Shown: positions 14,166 through 28,989 of the stretch, piece by piece
Numbering within the stretch: the stretch's first letter is position 1
Layout of the letters: each line of letters opens with the position of its first letter
Assembly: GCA_951406725.2 (NCBI GenBank)
Contig: OX597815.1
Coordinates: forward strand, 125,612,001 to 125,676,000
Direction of reading: 5' to 3'
DNA length: 64,000 nucleotides
Source of the DNA: Octopus vulgaris
Taxonomy: Eukaryota
Notes under the pieces: model-generated
Database searches by the model: none
What the model was told of the DNA's origin: nothing
The model's input: only the letters and a program-made list of their open reading frames with translations
Translations under genes and position numbers: made by a program

Positions 14166-15029
14166 TATATATATATGTGTGTGTGTGTGTGTATGTGTAT
14201 GTGTGTGTGTGTATGTATGTGTGTGTGTGTGTGTGTGTAATGATTCCGCTTAGGTACAACGTTATCAATATCACAGTACATGATATATTTAAATGCTTTC
14301 CACAATAAAATAACACTTCATTGAACTGGCTTTGAGCTGGCGCACTGGCGCTCATATCTAAATACACAAATCCTTGTAGGAGAAACAACTTTAAGCTAAT
14401 GAAAGTGACTACTTAACTCTTGTACTTTTATCATTTATTGATATATGTATACGTGTCTGTGTGTGTGTGTGCGTGCGCGCATGTGTGTACGTCTCTGTGT
14501 GTATGCATACAATGACCAAATATTGGAAAATCAAGCAAAAACTAACGAGTATTAGGAATATTGATGGATTTAAATACAGAAACGTTATGCCACACTGACC
14601 AGAGCATGGAGCGTATAACTTACTGATAAGCGCTGCCGAAAATGAACGTCAGTATTTAAGCAACAGTAAAAGCTCATAAAATCTTTGTGAAATTTAAGGT
14701 GCTAAGTATTCTGTTATGTGTATTGAAGGACATTAGACAGAGCCTTTTTTTAAATCTAATTTATTAATATTTTTTCAATCTTTGTATTTGTGTTTGCTTC
14801 GGCCTGCAGCCACAAGAGGAAGGATTCAAATAAAGCGGAACAAAGACATTTTACTCCTTGTTCTTCTGCTTTGCAGTAACTCGAACCAGTTTGTTCAGGG
14901 ACTGTTGAATTAGCATAGATTTTGCAGCAGTAATCCCTTGTGATGTAGTATAAAGTAAAACATAAATTAAAACTCTAAAAAATGGAATACTTTATAAGTT
15001 ATTAAATAATAATAATAATGATGATGATG

Positions 15030-15114
<85 letters not shown>

Positions 15115-15151
15115 TAATAAGATGCTCTGCTCGCTCACTCAATAATAATGA

Positions 15152-15182
<31 letters not shown>

Positions 15183-15184
15183 AG

Positions 15185-15485
15185 CAAATAGAGGTAACTA
15201 GAATGTGGAATCTGAAAACAGAAACAATTCCTATCATAGTAGGTGCATTAGGCATGATAAAAAAATATTCAGACAAATACATAACAAAAACACCAGGACT
15301 TACAAACACATATAACATACAGAAAATTGCACTACTAGGCACTGCACACATCCTACGCAGAACACTTTCCATACAATAACCATCAGAGCATCACAACAAA
15401 TCACAGCACATACCCAAGGCACACAGAGCTGCGCTCGGTAGTGAAGTGAAAGCACGCTATAAAAATAAAAATAAAACTACTGGAT
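15185..15485 (+). mobile_element. R4/Dong-like non-LTR retrotransposon 3' end (end of RLE domain plus 3' UTR) within (AAT)n
   Basis: Open frame 15185-15379: QIEVTRMWNLKTETIPIIVGALGMI...IQKIALLGTAHILRRTL*, the typical R4-clade C-terminus; AAT repeats on both sides. Confidence 0.88.
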
Positions 15486-15555
15486 GATAATAATAATAAT
15501 TATAATAATAATAATAATAATGATAATAATAATAATGATAATAATAATGATAATA

Positions 15556-16112
15556 AATGCCCTGATGCAGTACCAGGCAGTGGCTCTCATGGCTTCTGAT
15601 CTTAACTGATTGGAAGTGTTATCATGTACATTGTTTTGTCTTGGTATAAAAGATGGGCTACAGCAAATATTCTGCTCAATGCCACAGATTTGCTTGTCAG
15701 TTGTTTGACCTTAACCAGTTGAGCATGTCCCTTGGTGGCTGACGATATGTGCATCTCTGATCACGAGCAGAAGTAGTGGGGGAGCATCATAGCCATGTGT
15801 TGAGAGGGATTCTTTGGGGTTTGAATAATTCACCTCTGGAAACATGGGTGTTTCGTTCAACGTCCTTGGATAACCCTTATTCAGGGACCTTTTGAGCGGG
15901 ATGGGTTACTCGATCTGAGGAAAATTCTAACTGGGCTCCACCTGCAAGGTCATGTGCTGTTTATCTTGATATAAGATCACCATGTCGCGCACATATGGTT
16001 GTGATGCATGTGCCTGGTGTACCCTTATCAGACGGGTAGTCATGATGGGTATACTGGGCTTCGTATATTTTACCCCGGTGTCACTTTGATGGCATGCTCT
16101 GCTCGCTCACTC
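15556..16112. mobile_element. 557-bp AAT-embedded element, copy 2
   Basis: Collinear with 3827-4383. Confidence 0.85.
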
Positions 16113-16138
16113 AATAATAATGATAATAATAAAAAAAA

Positions 16139-16195
<57 letters not shown>

Positions 16196-16213
16196 TAATA
16201 ATATTCACAAACA

Positions 16214-16255
<42 letters not shown>

Positions 16256-16259
16256 TTAA

Positions 16260-16870
16260 GTATCGAACAATGAGAATGAGTGCCCAACATCGAATTGGTG
16301 GATAAAGATTATTTGTGTATCAAGGCTACCATAGGTTTCATGTTAAAGAATACCTCAACAATTATCAAGCCTGTCGCGTGGAACATCGGTGTTTTAATCC
16401 AAAATGTAGGCGAACACCGTGACCATCGTCCATCTTTCTATTCCTCACGTGATCATCTTTTCTTTCAGTCTGTCGCACAGACCTGACGCATTCTTATCTG
16501 TCTCATCTCGTATCTTTTCTCTTGTCAAAGAATATTCCTCCAGCGATCGCTACTTTACCTCGTCTGGCCTAGCAGCCCCACTTTTGTTTTCGTTTGGTTT
16601 GTTGTATGTCTCCAGTATCCTGTATTTGTTACCAACTTTGACCCTCGGCAAATCCCAAATTTTATTTTGGTTCGCGGGGGCAACTGTTTTTCGAAGCCTC
16701 ATATTGTCGTTAAATTGCTCGATATGTGGAGTAGATGAAAAGCCGACAACTGATGAAGTGTCGTTCCTTATGTTACTTGTATTGTTTTCCATTTGTTTCT
16801 CGAGTTGTTCGCATACCCAAGTTTGCCTTCGTATTTCATGTTGTTTACGTTTTGTAACCTCCTGTACCCA
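16260..16870. mobile_element. Probable repeat-derived segment bounded by (TA)n on both sides, possibly Penelope-like terminal region
   Basis: Sharp (TA)n borders, CpG-richer than the flanks, contains ctgatgaag; no second full copy in the window. Confidence 0.35.
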
Positions 16871-16894
16871 TATATGCATATATATATATATATG

Positions 16895-16986
<92 letters not shown>

Positions 16987-18151
16987 ACAGGCAAAGATGA
17001 TGGGTTAGTTAGAATGTCAGAATGAATATTTTTTAGTAAGTAACATTAGCTCTTTTAAATCTGAGATTAAATTTTAACTGAATTGAATTTTGCATTTTAT
17101 CGGGTTTGGATGATATCATAAGTACATGTGACGCAAAGTATAGTTTCAGTGCTGAATAAAGCTCAGGGAAGAAAATATGTTCTGTTTTTTTTTGTTATGG
17201 AAAGAAATCGATATGTCTGAGATGGAGTGAATCTTGCTAAATTATATAATGTTCTGCCTCTTAAAGAGATTGGTCTTTCTTTTGACAGAAATGACTGTGA
17301 ACTACTAATTAAACTTTCGAGCTGGGAGAAAACAGATAAAAATCAAAATGTGCAACGAAACAGACGAAATTATTTGTAAAACATAAGAATAACAATATTA
17401 GAAATATAATTATAATAAAAAGCATTCTATAATCCGCAACTTAAGAAACTAATATTATCCGCAAATGGTATTTTATATTATTTTATTTTAGCGACTATGA
17501 CATTTGTTAAAATCATGATACAAGTTATGTTGGTTTAAACTTGCATGGTTTCATTTATTTGACAGTAAACAAGCAAACTGAATTCACATACTCAAATACA
17601 TACTCTTGAAGGCAAACACAGACTGTTTTGTAAGAGAAAAACAACAAACAAACAAAAAAAAAAAACAGTACCAAATACAATTGCCATTAAAAGATAAATT
17701 GTGCAAAACGAGCAGAATTTCTACTGATAACAGAAGCCATAGATAGCTGATAAGAAGCCCTTTTTGCCAAATTCAAATTATATAATCACGTTACACTGCC
17801 ATAAGTGTAAAAGAAAATATAAACATTCAATAATCTCAACAGCTAAAATTCTCAGACTTTGCCATCAGAATTGACCAAGGTGCTGCTATTTTGTCTAAGT
17901 AAGCCACTCATTAAGCCCCTTGATGGTGGTGGCGATGAATGTGGAAATTACTAATAGCCTCATTACATAAAAATAGAAAAATAAAAAGGACACGAAGGTG
18001 GTACTTTCAATGTTTCTGCTGATATCGTTAATGTTGTTACAAAATAAGATTAAACAAATAAATAAATGTTCCATTAGGAACCGCAAAAGTACTATGCTTA
18101 TTTTGATTTCAGGATGTGTGTTAAGAGGCAGCGCACTTTAAAAGTATTATT

Positions 18152-18243
18152 GAAGAAGAAGAAGAAGAAGAAGAAGAAGAAGAAGAAGAAGAAGAAGAAG
18201 AAGAAGAAGAAGAAGAAGAAGAAGAAGAAGAAGAAGAAAAGAA
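18152..18243. repeat. (AAG)n microsatellite
   Basis: Directly visible; source of the poly-K and poly-L ORFs. Confidence 0.95.
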
Positions 18244-19089
18244 GAGTAATTACTAACTGTGTAACACCAACAGCAATAAGAACCAGAACAGGAAAATGTT
18301 AACCATTTACTATGGAAGATGTTTTTTATGAAATCAAGAGCCAATAATCGGACTCAATTAAATGGATCCATTTGGAATAATGAAAGACAAGATTGCTTCC
18401 CAGATGGGTTTAATTTCAGAATTTTATATGGATATTGTAATACATTTAGTCTATCAATCACAATACATTTTGTCTATCAATCTACTGAATTGACAATATA
18501 TTGTTTCATTGACGCGGTTAATACTTCGTATTTTAGTGGACGCAGGCATAGCTGTGCGGTTAAGAGGTTTGTTTCGTAACTATGTGGTTTCGAATTTAAT
18601 CCCAGCGTGGAGTATCTTTGAAAAGTATCTTCTCAGGTCAACCTGAATAAATTTCGTAGGTGTAAATAACGTGGAAGCATGTCGGCGGTATCGTTATTGC
18701 TAGACGTAATTAGTCAACCAGTTTAGCACCACTACCTGGCCAGTAGATATCTTCGTGTCAAGCCACTGCATTGAGAATATATTTTCCCTTATGAGGCCAT
18801 GAAAAAAGTTATGATTGGGGAAAGAGAGGAGGATCTTAGCTTCTCTAACAAAGTCATAAGCCCTTTAGTTTAGCACAAAGTTAAATTTTGTAATTTAGGG
18901 GTAAAGACGGCTGAAACTTATCCTCGAATATCCCTTGTATTTATTGTGGCATGAAAGATGAAATTCGAAATCTGAACTTAGATAAATGAAACTAAATATT
19001 TTATAAATTATTTCCGCCACTTCAGTTTTGGCTGGTGGTAGAAATAATAGCATGTCCGATTAAACGTTTTGCATTATCTAGTCTTGCTC

Positions 19090-19250
19090 AAGGCGGCGAA
19101 CCGGTAGAATCGTTAACACGTCGGACACAATGCTTAGCGTCATTACGCTCTGAGCTTAAATTCCGCTGACGTCGACTTTGCCTTTCATTCTTTCAGCGTC
19201 GGGGTCGATGTAATCGACTAACCTTTTCCCCAAAATCTCAGAACTTTTGT
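19090..19250 (+). mobile_element. SINE family B
   Basis: aaggcggcgaaccggtagaatcgttaacacg head and gtcgactttgcctttcat body. Confidence 0.78.
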
Positions 19251-19253
19251 CTA

Positions 19254-20054
19254 CGACGTACTATCAAAGAGTTCGTGGACTAGTTTTGTTTAAAAAAAAA
19301 CAACTTATTTGCCTAATTTTAACATATTCTTCTTCGAAATAGTCATCTTGCGCAGCAATACACCGGACTCAGCGTTGCTACTACTTTGGAATCCGGCCTA
19401 GAAGTTGTTTTCCGTAAGTGAATCGAGGACTTTTTACGATTCGCTCTCGATCCCGACAATGGCGACCTTTGAGCTCTTGATCCAGACAACGGCGACCTTT
19501 GAGCTGCCTTTTCATCTTGGGGAAGAGACAGAAGTCCGCAGGTGCTAAATCTGGTGAACAGGGAGGGTGTGAAAGCGATAGCATGTTGCTTTTGGTAAGA
19601 AACTCACGAGTGAGGAGAGCTCGGTAACAGGGTGTATTATCATCGTGAAGAATCCAGACGTTAGGATTGCTTGCATGGATCCATGCGACAGACGAACAAC
19701 ATCAGCATCGTCGTTGATTGTCCTCCGAGGATTCTCCTGCGCAAGCTGATGAATTATCTCCACATTTCCGGGGGTGGCACTCTTCCAAATCACTCATCGT
19801 CTTCCAGGGACGTTCTTCTGCTTTTGAAGCGCCTGTACCTCCCGAAACATTGCGTACGACCCATTGCTTCGCCCCATAAGCTTGCCGAAGCATGCTCAAT
19901 ATCTCTGTAGCAGACTTCCCAAGTTTAACGCAAAATTTCACGTGATTACAAAAACACATATTTCACAACTTGCGAGGTAAACACAGCGATGTCATTCTGT
20001 GGGTGCGCTACAGAACTAGTCCGAGTTCTGTAGCGCACCGAGTTCTGTTTTGAT

Positions 20055-20055
<1 letters not shown>
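19254..20055 (-). mobile_element. Mariner (Tc1/mariner) element, internally deleted transposase pseudogene
   Basis: VKFCVKLGKSATE..LRQAYG N-terminus and HPPCSPDLAPADFCLFPKMKRQLKGRR (YSPDLAP motif) in shifted frames; ta-cgacgtactatcaaagagttcgtggactag TIR-like left end. Confidence 0.92.
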
Positions 20056-20112
<57 letters not shown>

Positions 20113-20114
20113 GC

Positions 20115-20181
<67 letters not shown>

Positions 20182-20689
20182 CTAAGGGCTCTCATATCTC
20201 TCTCTTCCTTTCATTATCTCTCTCTCCCTCCCCTCACCCCCTCTCTCTCTATATATATACATAAACATCTTTACACGCATACATTTTTCTGTGTGTGTAT
20301 GCGTGTATGTGTGTGCATTTAATAAACTTCAAGAAAAAAGGCCAATTTTTTTTGTATAGAATATAGAGCCTAAACTCTTATATGTGGGGTCAAATTGGAT
20401 TGTGCAAAGTTGATATATTTACAATGTCAAAAGCTTTAGAGATAGGAATTGAAGAAATTCCGTTCAATCCTAGAATTGACACTCTATCAGTAACTATGTG
20501 GCTTTCTTCCATAACAGTACCGAAAGCATTGTTTTTATTCAGGCATAATTCATGAAATGTAAAAAGATAAGAGATAAGAGAATACGTTTTAAGTCAGAAT
20601 GTTTCCAGCTTAGATTTTAAATCAGGTCGTCAAAATTGTTGACTTACTGATAACATTTTCTCTACGATAATGATAATTGAATTAAAGCT

Positions 20690-20960
20690 ATTTCACTTTA
20701 CTTACACTGATAATGTTTTGAAAGCGAGTATGAGAACTTCTTGTGGCTGTGTGCATTCATTTGTTAAAATAGTTTATCAAACTTACAACTATTCTAGTGA
20801 AGGAAAGGAGGTTGGATTAAAAAAAAGAATCGAAAGTATTCGGTTAAAAATAGATATTTTACCAGGAAATAATAAACAAGTAACAATGAGTTGGATGCTA
20901 GGTAAGGCAGATATTAAGGGAAACTGAAAAACAGATGAATTGACAAAAGAGGCAACTCAA
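20690..20960 (+). mobile_element. Degraded RNase H domain of an I-group/R1-type LINE
   Basis: YTD-like start and SWMLGKADIKGN*KTDELTKEA resembling WVPGHxGIxGNExADxLAK. Confidence 0.5.
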
Positions 20961-21269
20961 AAAGAAATACTAGTCTAGATTTCAAATCAATCACGTTTTA
21001 AATCATATAGCAAGAGGATAATTGGTCAAGGATGGAAAATATTGAGAAGAATTAAGACATAAACTATCAAACTTTAATCCTCCATTATTATAGTCAGATA
21101 TACCAACGTATATAACGAATCAGCTCCTGAGCAAAGTTAAGAAAGACTGTTGGCTTCGATCGGACAATATTTCTTTAATGAACAGGTCGAATGGCATCAT
21201 CTTTATGTTCTTGTGGAGGCTATTGAGAAACGTTATAATATTATTTGTTTCAATGCGAAAATTACCAGC

Positions 21270-21331
<62 letters not shown>

Positions 21332-22499
21332 ATTTAATAATGGTCTTAAAAAAGTTACCTAGGTTGAAGTTGTAATTTATTTTCAAGGCGCCACCGACCA
21401 TAAACGTGATCTTTCAATTTATAGAGGCTACTAAAAGATTTAACAACAGAAACAGCTGGTCTTTATATGTACTTCTTTCTTTTTCTTTGCTTTAGATTTT
21501 TTGTTTCTGTTTCTTTTTATGTACATAAGGGCTATACTAAAGCTTTCTCAATGTCTCATGCCTAAACAGATTTACAAAGACACTTAAATTGATTAGATAA
21601 AGGAATAAAACAAAAACAAATAATCTTTTTAAACCAGGTCTTCTGTTTCAACACATTCCAAGGCATTTCAAGAAATTTCGAGTTGTTGACCGTCTTAGCT
21701 GAGAAGAATACATAGAATGGAGTTAGCTGAGAAGAATACACAGAATGAAGTTTAAAAAATGGCTCGAACAAGAACCGATATCATAAATACCGTTTCTCGT
21801 AGAGATTATCATCATTCTACGACATACTTACAGGACAACACTACAGCAATGTAAGAGTAATAGAAATGACTGAGAAAAAGCGCTAAACTAAATGTTCTAA
21901 AGTGCTATACTTCATCTCCCGATGTTCTGAGTTTAGATGTCACCAAAGTCGATCTTTGGGCTCTATCAAATACATATTAATAATATAATAAATTGAAGTA
22001 GGTACGGCTATGGTGTGAACTTACAGGCTTTGTAGTCCGGAGCACAGAATATTAACTACTCAACAACTCTGGCATTGGATTAATGTTTAATGTGTGGTCG
22101 AAATATTAATCAAATTTCGACCAGTTCCTTGGCTACATTGCCAATAGTACTTGCCGACATTCTGGCATTGTTTTCACTTCTGATTGGCTGCTTTATCTCT
22201 TTTACTTCTTTGTTTTCTAAGCAAAACATTTGGACTCCAAATTCACTTACCTACTTGGCTAAATCCATTTATTAAGAACTAAATCAGAAACGAAAATAAG
22301 CCGCAATAACTTACTAAAAAATGTGTTTTCTTTTGCTGTGAAACAAAAGACTTTTAAAAGTCAAGAAAATAGTCGAACAAATTAATAAGATGAGTATCAT
22401 AGTGGTACATATTTTATCGATTCTAGATGTAGGTGAAGAAAAACAAAACAGATATAATAGAAAAATGGAGAAAGTATGAGAATGTAAATGAACAGCTAA

Positions 22500-24130
22500 A
22501 GTCAATCCACGTGCCAATCATAAGGACCCAAAGAGCTATTTTCCACACCTGGTTCCCGAGTGTTAAGAAGAAATATAAATCTCCCCGGATATGACACTTT
22601 GTTGTAGAGTAAATTTCCTCAGAGGAGAAATTTAAGTCAGAACTAAAAGACAACAAGATACTCATCAGTTTCACATTATCGCTGCTACTACTCTGAACAA
22701 TACAAGCAAACGAATGGGTGGTCCTTAGACGTATATTGTTGTGAGAGTAATGGAAAGGGGACTGACTGGACTGGTAGTCTTATGACGTGAAACGACCGGA
22801 GCCACTTTTTCACTTCTCATATATGTGCTCATGATGAGTTTGGTGGGTATTTTTTGGGACATTTATCTAGTGTGCAATCTGAAGTTTGATGTAAATTGGC
22901 GGCAAATATGGAGGCTTTCTCCTCGAAAGTATTCCTTACTGAGCTGCCATAGTTGAAAAATAGAGAAAGAGGATACTGAAAAATCTGAAAAGAACTTTTT
23001 GGCACGGGACAACAGGGATCAGCTGCTGTTTGGAAGGACGGTGACCTTGTGGGTTGCGCAACCGGAAACATCTTTGCGCTTCTGTTGATATTTTTTCAGT
23101 TGTGGTGGTAGCTAAAATCCATCTTGTTTGTAGTGTGGATGATATTCTCAAGGTCTTGTAGGTAGGAGCTCTTTTTCTGAATTACTGCTATACAGCCGCA
23201 GTAGTGCAGAGTGAAGAAATTTGGTGTAGTTGGTGGGGTTTGAGTTTCTGCTGTGTTTGAAATATGGAAGGACGTTACTAAGAGGATAGTTTGTATCACG
23301 TGTTTGTCTCCGGAGTAGATAGCATAGAAGCTCTAACTAGTCAGCTGACTTGAAGTCTTAATGAACCCAAACGACAGAGGCAATATTGAGTGACAAGTTG
23401 ATGCGTTGTGAATAATCAATACAAAGCAGTAGTTGGATGACTCCATAGGTGTAGAATCCATGATGATTTTGTAGAGTTTGGGTTCGGCGATGAGAAAGAA
23501 ATCGTGGGTGTTTAGAGTACATGCATATTAGTCTGGGATGCAGTGCAATGGATGGGAACTAATACTAAAGTAGCAAAAAGCTGCAGATTGATTAAGATTT
23601 AGGTTCTGCCCAAGTAGCATCATTGTGGAATGAGAGCCGAGAACACTGGAAACACTATTGTCACTTAAGATGGGGACATTAAGGAGAAGTCAAGTGAGAG
23701 ATGTGTGATTAAGTTAAGAACAGGGCGTGTGTTTAAGAGTAGGCTTGAGAAATTGGCGATAAAATCGACTTCAGCGCAATTTTAAAAGACTTTTAGACAC
23801 GAGAGAGAGACTGAGCCCATGACACTTTACAGAGCCTCTATTACTGTTTAAACTGGGAAGGTGGGGGCTTGCCCGAATGCTTGTAACAGAGTAGACTCTG
23901 CTAAACTTACGTGTACATGTGATAGCATTCATCCGAGTTGGGTTGAGAGGACTCCGACCAACGAGTTCACCACACCCTTCACTAATCCTGACCACGCCCG
24001 ATGGCAAATTTGACAAATACCCCATTGGGAGAGCAAGTGTATGTGATAGTGCGGAAATTATAACCGTAGTCGTCGTTCGCAGTTGATGTGTAGAGTATAT
24101 GTTCGAACTCCGACTCTGCTAAAGGCATTC
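22500..24130 (-). mobile_element. Heavily degraded CR1/Jockey-type LINE (endonuclease and RT remnants)
   Basis: EEKASIFAAN, DY-PVSPLS (NYRPISLLS-like) and QVWKIAL (DRVWHxAL-like) fragments across several frames. Confidence 0.45.
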
Positions 24131-24690
24131 AGGGACCTGTTGGTAGTCTTAAACAAGCAAGCCATGGGGGAAGTTGGACTCAAAAGAAAAAAAATAACAG
24201 AATAGAACTAGGACAAACACTGCGCTCAAAATTATATAATTTCGCCAATCCACCGCCCTAGATTGGCACTTTTTTTTTTTATCAATTCTCAAAATGGTGA
24301 AAAGCAGAGTTGACCCGTAGGATTTAACCTCACGGCGCATTCACCTTGGTGTGTTACAAGTTCGCACCAGATGAACCCGAATTTAGAACCTGGTGGTATA
24401 AAAATTTAATACTGTAAGGAATTTACACGGTACCGTATTGTCAAAACTAAATACACCACGATGCTTAGCCTAATTCTCAGAATGTGAAAATGTTTACATG
24501 CTATGAGTGAAAATGCATTTTTATGTCTCTTCGTGCAGATTCTGTGTGTTTATGTACACGCATTTTTAGTGCACATGTACGCACGCATGCCCATGCACAC
24601 GCGTACATGTGCACGCATATACATGTATATATCTACCTGCTGTATATTGTATTTAAAAATCCAAAGCATATATCTATGCATATGCATATG

Positions 24691-24730
<40 letters not shown>

Positions 24731-25049
24731 GCATACCTATTTGCATAAATGCATACATGCATAGATACATGCATATGTATATATGTGTGTGTGCGTGCAC
24801 GTATGTATATATAATCTGTGTGAGTATGAGTGTCTATGTGTGTAAGTATATATATTTGCATATACACCGATGCTTCAGTATGTGTTTGTGCGTGAGTGTG
24901 TCTGTGCGCAGAACAGCAGGCGTCTCAGTAGCAACAATCGAAATTAAATCCGCTGTTTTAGTAAACTGGCAAACAATTCTGTTCGTAAATTGGTTGGAAT
25001 AGAAAAATCTCGTCAATAACTAAAAATAATGATTTCAAACTTTGACACA

Positions 25050-25215
25050 GACCAGCAGCTTTAGAGTGGAGGAATAAGTCGATTGTATCGACCCCAGTAG
25101 TTGACCGGTATTTATTTTATCGACCGTGAAAGGTTGAAAGGCAATGTCGACCACAACGGAATTTGAACTCCAAAACGGAAAAAAAAACGGACGAAATCCC
25201 GTTAAGCTCTCTGCC

Positions 25216-25286
<71 letters not shown>

Positions 25287-25500
25287 CCTTTCTACACTAG
25301 GCACAAGGCCTGAAATTTTGGGGGAGGGGACTTGTCAATTATATCGACTCCAGTATTCAGCTGGTACTTAATTCATCGACCCCGAAAGGATGAAAGGCAA
25401 AGTCGACCTCGGCGGAATTTGAACTCAGAACGTAAAGATGGACGAAATGCCGCTAAGCATTTCATCCGACGTGCTAACGATTCTGTTAGCTCACTGCCTT
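25050..25500 (-). mobile_element. Two SINE family B copies (about 25050-25217 and 25286-25500) separated by (AAT)n
   Basis: Reverse complement of the 396-795 blocks (gaaaggatgaaaggcaaagtcgacctcggcggaatttgaactc). Confidence 0.85.
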
Positions 25501-25502
25501 CC

Positions 25503-25603
<101 letters not shown>

Positions 25604-26113
25604 CGATCAAGAGAATTCACTGTGTCAGTTGTTGCTTCCTGGTTTCCTGTGTTATTCATTTAATACAACCCCACTTAAGTTGCGAGCATAAGAACTTGTT
25701 TATCTCTCATTTTAAATTATTGAAGAACAGAACTTTAAGAAAAAGAAGTATAACATTTCTTCGAGTCTGTGGGGGAAAAAAACCCCAGAAAAATATCTCC
25801 TCTTACATCGGATTGCTTGTATGAGAATGAGCTCTACTAGTACTACTCATAAAAGGCCAGCTTATAAAGACCACATCTTTTTGTTTTTACCTGAAATTTG
25901 ATAAATATCTGTTATCTAGGCAAATTCAATATTGACTCTATTCACACCCGATTGTGCGTATGTGTGTGCTTAGGTACTTGCATGTGCATGTGTGTAAATA
26001 TGCTTGTGTACATGCATGTCATGTGTGCATGCATGTGTATATGCCTGTGTGTTTTCTATGTTACATGATAGAATGCCTGTGTCGTGAGTATGTATGTGAG
26101 TGTGATTTTGTGA

Positions 26114-26190
<77 letters not shown>

Positions 26191-26812
26191 TGACTTAATA
26201 CGATCCTATTCAGTTCTCTATCTAACAGCCTAAAGAGAGGAAGCTGGCGACCGCGAGATTTTATTGGGACACATACACAACTACATCGACCTAATTCCAT
26301 TGAAGAAAAATCGATTATAACGAAGACAGCGCTGTCACCTGACTGACAACACACAGACACAAATACACAAAAGTTTCCACTCTCTTCTCACGCTGTATAT
26401 CTTGGAGCCTTCTCTTTTCGCTTGCTGTTGCACTTCTTTCTTTTAAACTAATACTCACATTTTTTTTCTTTTCTTTTGCTCGTAAACTGTGCATAATATT
26501 TCCTCAACAGTTAACAAGATGTCTCCTCTCATCCTTGCAATCACCATTTCTCTTACTCTCTGTCATATCCATTCGAATCCACACGCATCAAAGTCTATCT
26601 AAACACTCTGCCTACCTCTTGCTCTCTTTCTCTTTCTCTCTTACAAAAATGCACATACATGCACATACACATATAGACACACACACACACACTGGTTGCA
26701 TCGTTGTTGGTTTTCACCTTCTCCCCACAGCTTTGGCAGGAACAGAACATACATAGCATGTGATGTGATTGGTTATAATTACTATCTTGTTTTAACCGAG
26801 AACAAGACCAGT

Positions 26813-26897
<85 letters not shown>

Positions 26898-27129
26898 AGA
26901 GAGGGGAAATAGAAGCGTGTTTGCTTAACATTCGTGTGTTTGTGATTCGGACAAAATTTCTACAACTGGTAAATGAAACTAAATCACGGATTCGGCTCGC
27001 AGAGCTTAGTTCAAAACTACAGCGCCGTGTATCTCAGTAACAGGAATAGCATTTATAGCACTAGCAGCAAAGTATTAGGGTATCTGAATGCAGAATATCT
27101 GGCTATCTTTGACTTCAGCTATGATTTTC

Positions 27130-27204
27130 TATCTATCTATCTTATGTATGTATGTATGTATGTATGTATGTATGTATGTATGTATGTATGTATGTATGTA
27201 TGTG

Positions 27205-27292
<88 letters not shown>

Positions 27293-27345
27293 GCTAGCTA
27301 GCTAGCTAGCTAGCTAGCTAGCTATCTTTCTATCTGTCTGTTTGT
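27130..27345. repeat. Compound (TATG)n-(TATC)n-(GCTA)n microsatellite
   Basis: Directly visible. Confidence 0.95.
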
Positions 27346-28989
27346 CTGTCTGTCTTATGAGGGATAGAAACGTTTTAAACGTGTCACAATATTTGAATCA
27401 GATTCTATTCCACAAGGAATCTACTTTCAACATCACTATTCAGTGGAAGCAAAATCCTAATACAAAAATACATATACAACATACGCATTTAGCTCAGAGG
27501 GCGTTCTTGTTCTTTTCGAAATATTGAGAATTCTAAGCAGTGAGAATATATATACATATTTTAAGTTTCAGTTTGAAATGCTTTTAGTAAAGAGATGAAC
27601 GTCACAAAATTCAGTTTGGTCTTATTAATAAATGACATAGTCATACGCCTCTGTAAGATGTAATGTATAATTTATTTCTTAAAAGCTCATCGATAATATA
27701 CATACAAATATATATGTGTGTGTGTATGTATGTATGTATGTATGTATGTATGTATGTATGTATGTATGTATGTATGTATGTATGTATGTATGTATGTATG
27801 TATGTATGTATGTATGTATGTGTATATGTGTGTGTATGTGTGCGGATGTATATATTCATATATATGTATATGCATATATGCAAGTAAATTGGTTTTCTAA
27901 TATTGTTATGGACAAACGGTATATGCAATCTTTTTGAATTTGTCCTAAAAAGTAACATACTGCCCGTGCACTAAAATTTTGCATCATGCCATACGAAGTT
28001 TTCATTACTTATGCGAAGAAAAAAAGATGTCTTGCCCTTCTGGATCATAATATGAACCTCCTGTCTATATTCACTATTTTTCTGTTGAGTGAATTGGCCA
28101 GTTAGAATGGACGTTAATGTGCGAGTTTTGTGTAGTTGTATTTTCTGTTGATCCTTTGTAATACGTTTCTCTTCTCTGATCGTGGCTGACGCATGCGACA
28201 ACAGGAGAGAGCATATTTACGAGAAAATACAGTGGTGTAACTATAGCAACCTTCTTTTGCATTGTCCTCTACAGTTGCCTTAATGGTACATTTCCTGACA
28301 TAGGGGATGAATAACAAGCCGAATGAGTGCTAAGGTTAACATACTTCTAGGCCTTCAGTGACTTGTTTTGCTCATCTCTTCAAAATAAAATCCTTTACGG
28401 TGTTCTAAAGGAAGTATGTTGGTTCTCTGACTTCTCAACAACCTCAATTTCTTAGTCGCTGGTGATTTGGGCATTTGTGGGTAATGATTCTTCTAGAAGC
28501 TCCTGGTAACACAGACATCTAAGCAAATGACAAATTTACAGGTTTCAGTAGTATAATATCTACAATATCAGGAATGATTTCTATGTAACCTAAGAATTTC
28601 GGGCATCAAATTTCGTGAATCATCAATGTGACCGACGAAAACATGGTGGAGTCGAGATTAGAATTTCTTCTCTAACTCCTTTTCATCAAAAGATAAACAA
28701 GAGTTAGAATTACATTTAGTAGTCCAGCCTGCTGAAAAAGGCAACATATTTCATTTGAAGTTCTACTTCACGTAAAACATTGAATGCTTATTTTTTTCGT
28801 GTATTGAAATGTCTTGCGTAATATGTACCCTTGGCCTTCGCAGAGCCCCTGAGGTCGGTGAAGTCAATGCTGAAGGCTGCGAAAAATACATGTGTAGAGT
28901 GGGAATTTCAGACAACTGATGATGTATGTATGTATGTATGTATGTATGTATGTATGTATGTATGTATGTATGTATGTATGTATGTATGT

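Noticed and set aside
16550-16975. 141-aa minus-strand ORF resembling an exon
   Set aside because: Begins in (TG)n, has no polypyrimidine acceptor and no recognisable domain, and lies in a (TA)n-bounded, probably repeat-derived block.
17604-17622. 19-nt minus-strand microexon candidate (aaacag|...|gtatgt)
   Set aside because: Weaker donor, pyrimidine tract derived from a simple A-rich repeat, and no independent support.
26190-27100. Possible promoter or first exon (CCAAT-like gattggtt, short ORF MELGRC...)
   Set aside because: Motifs are too short and the donor is poor; not supportable from sequence alone.
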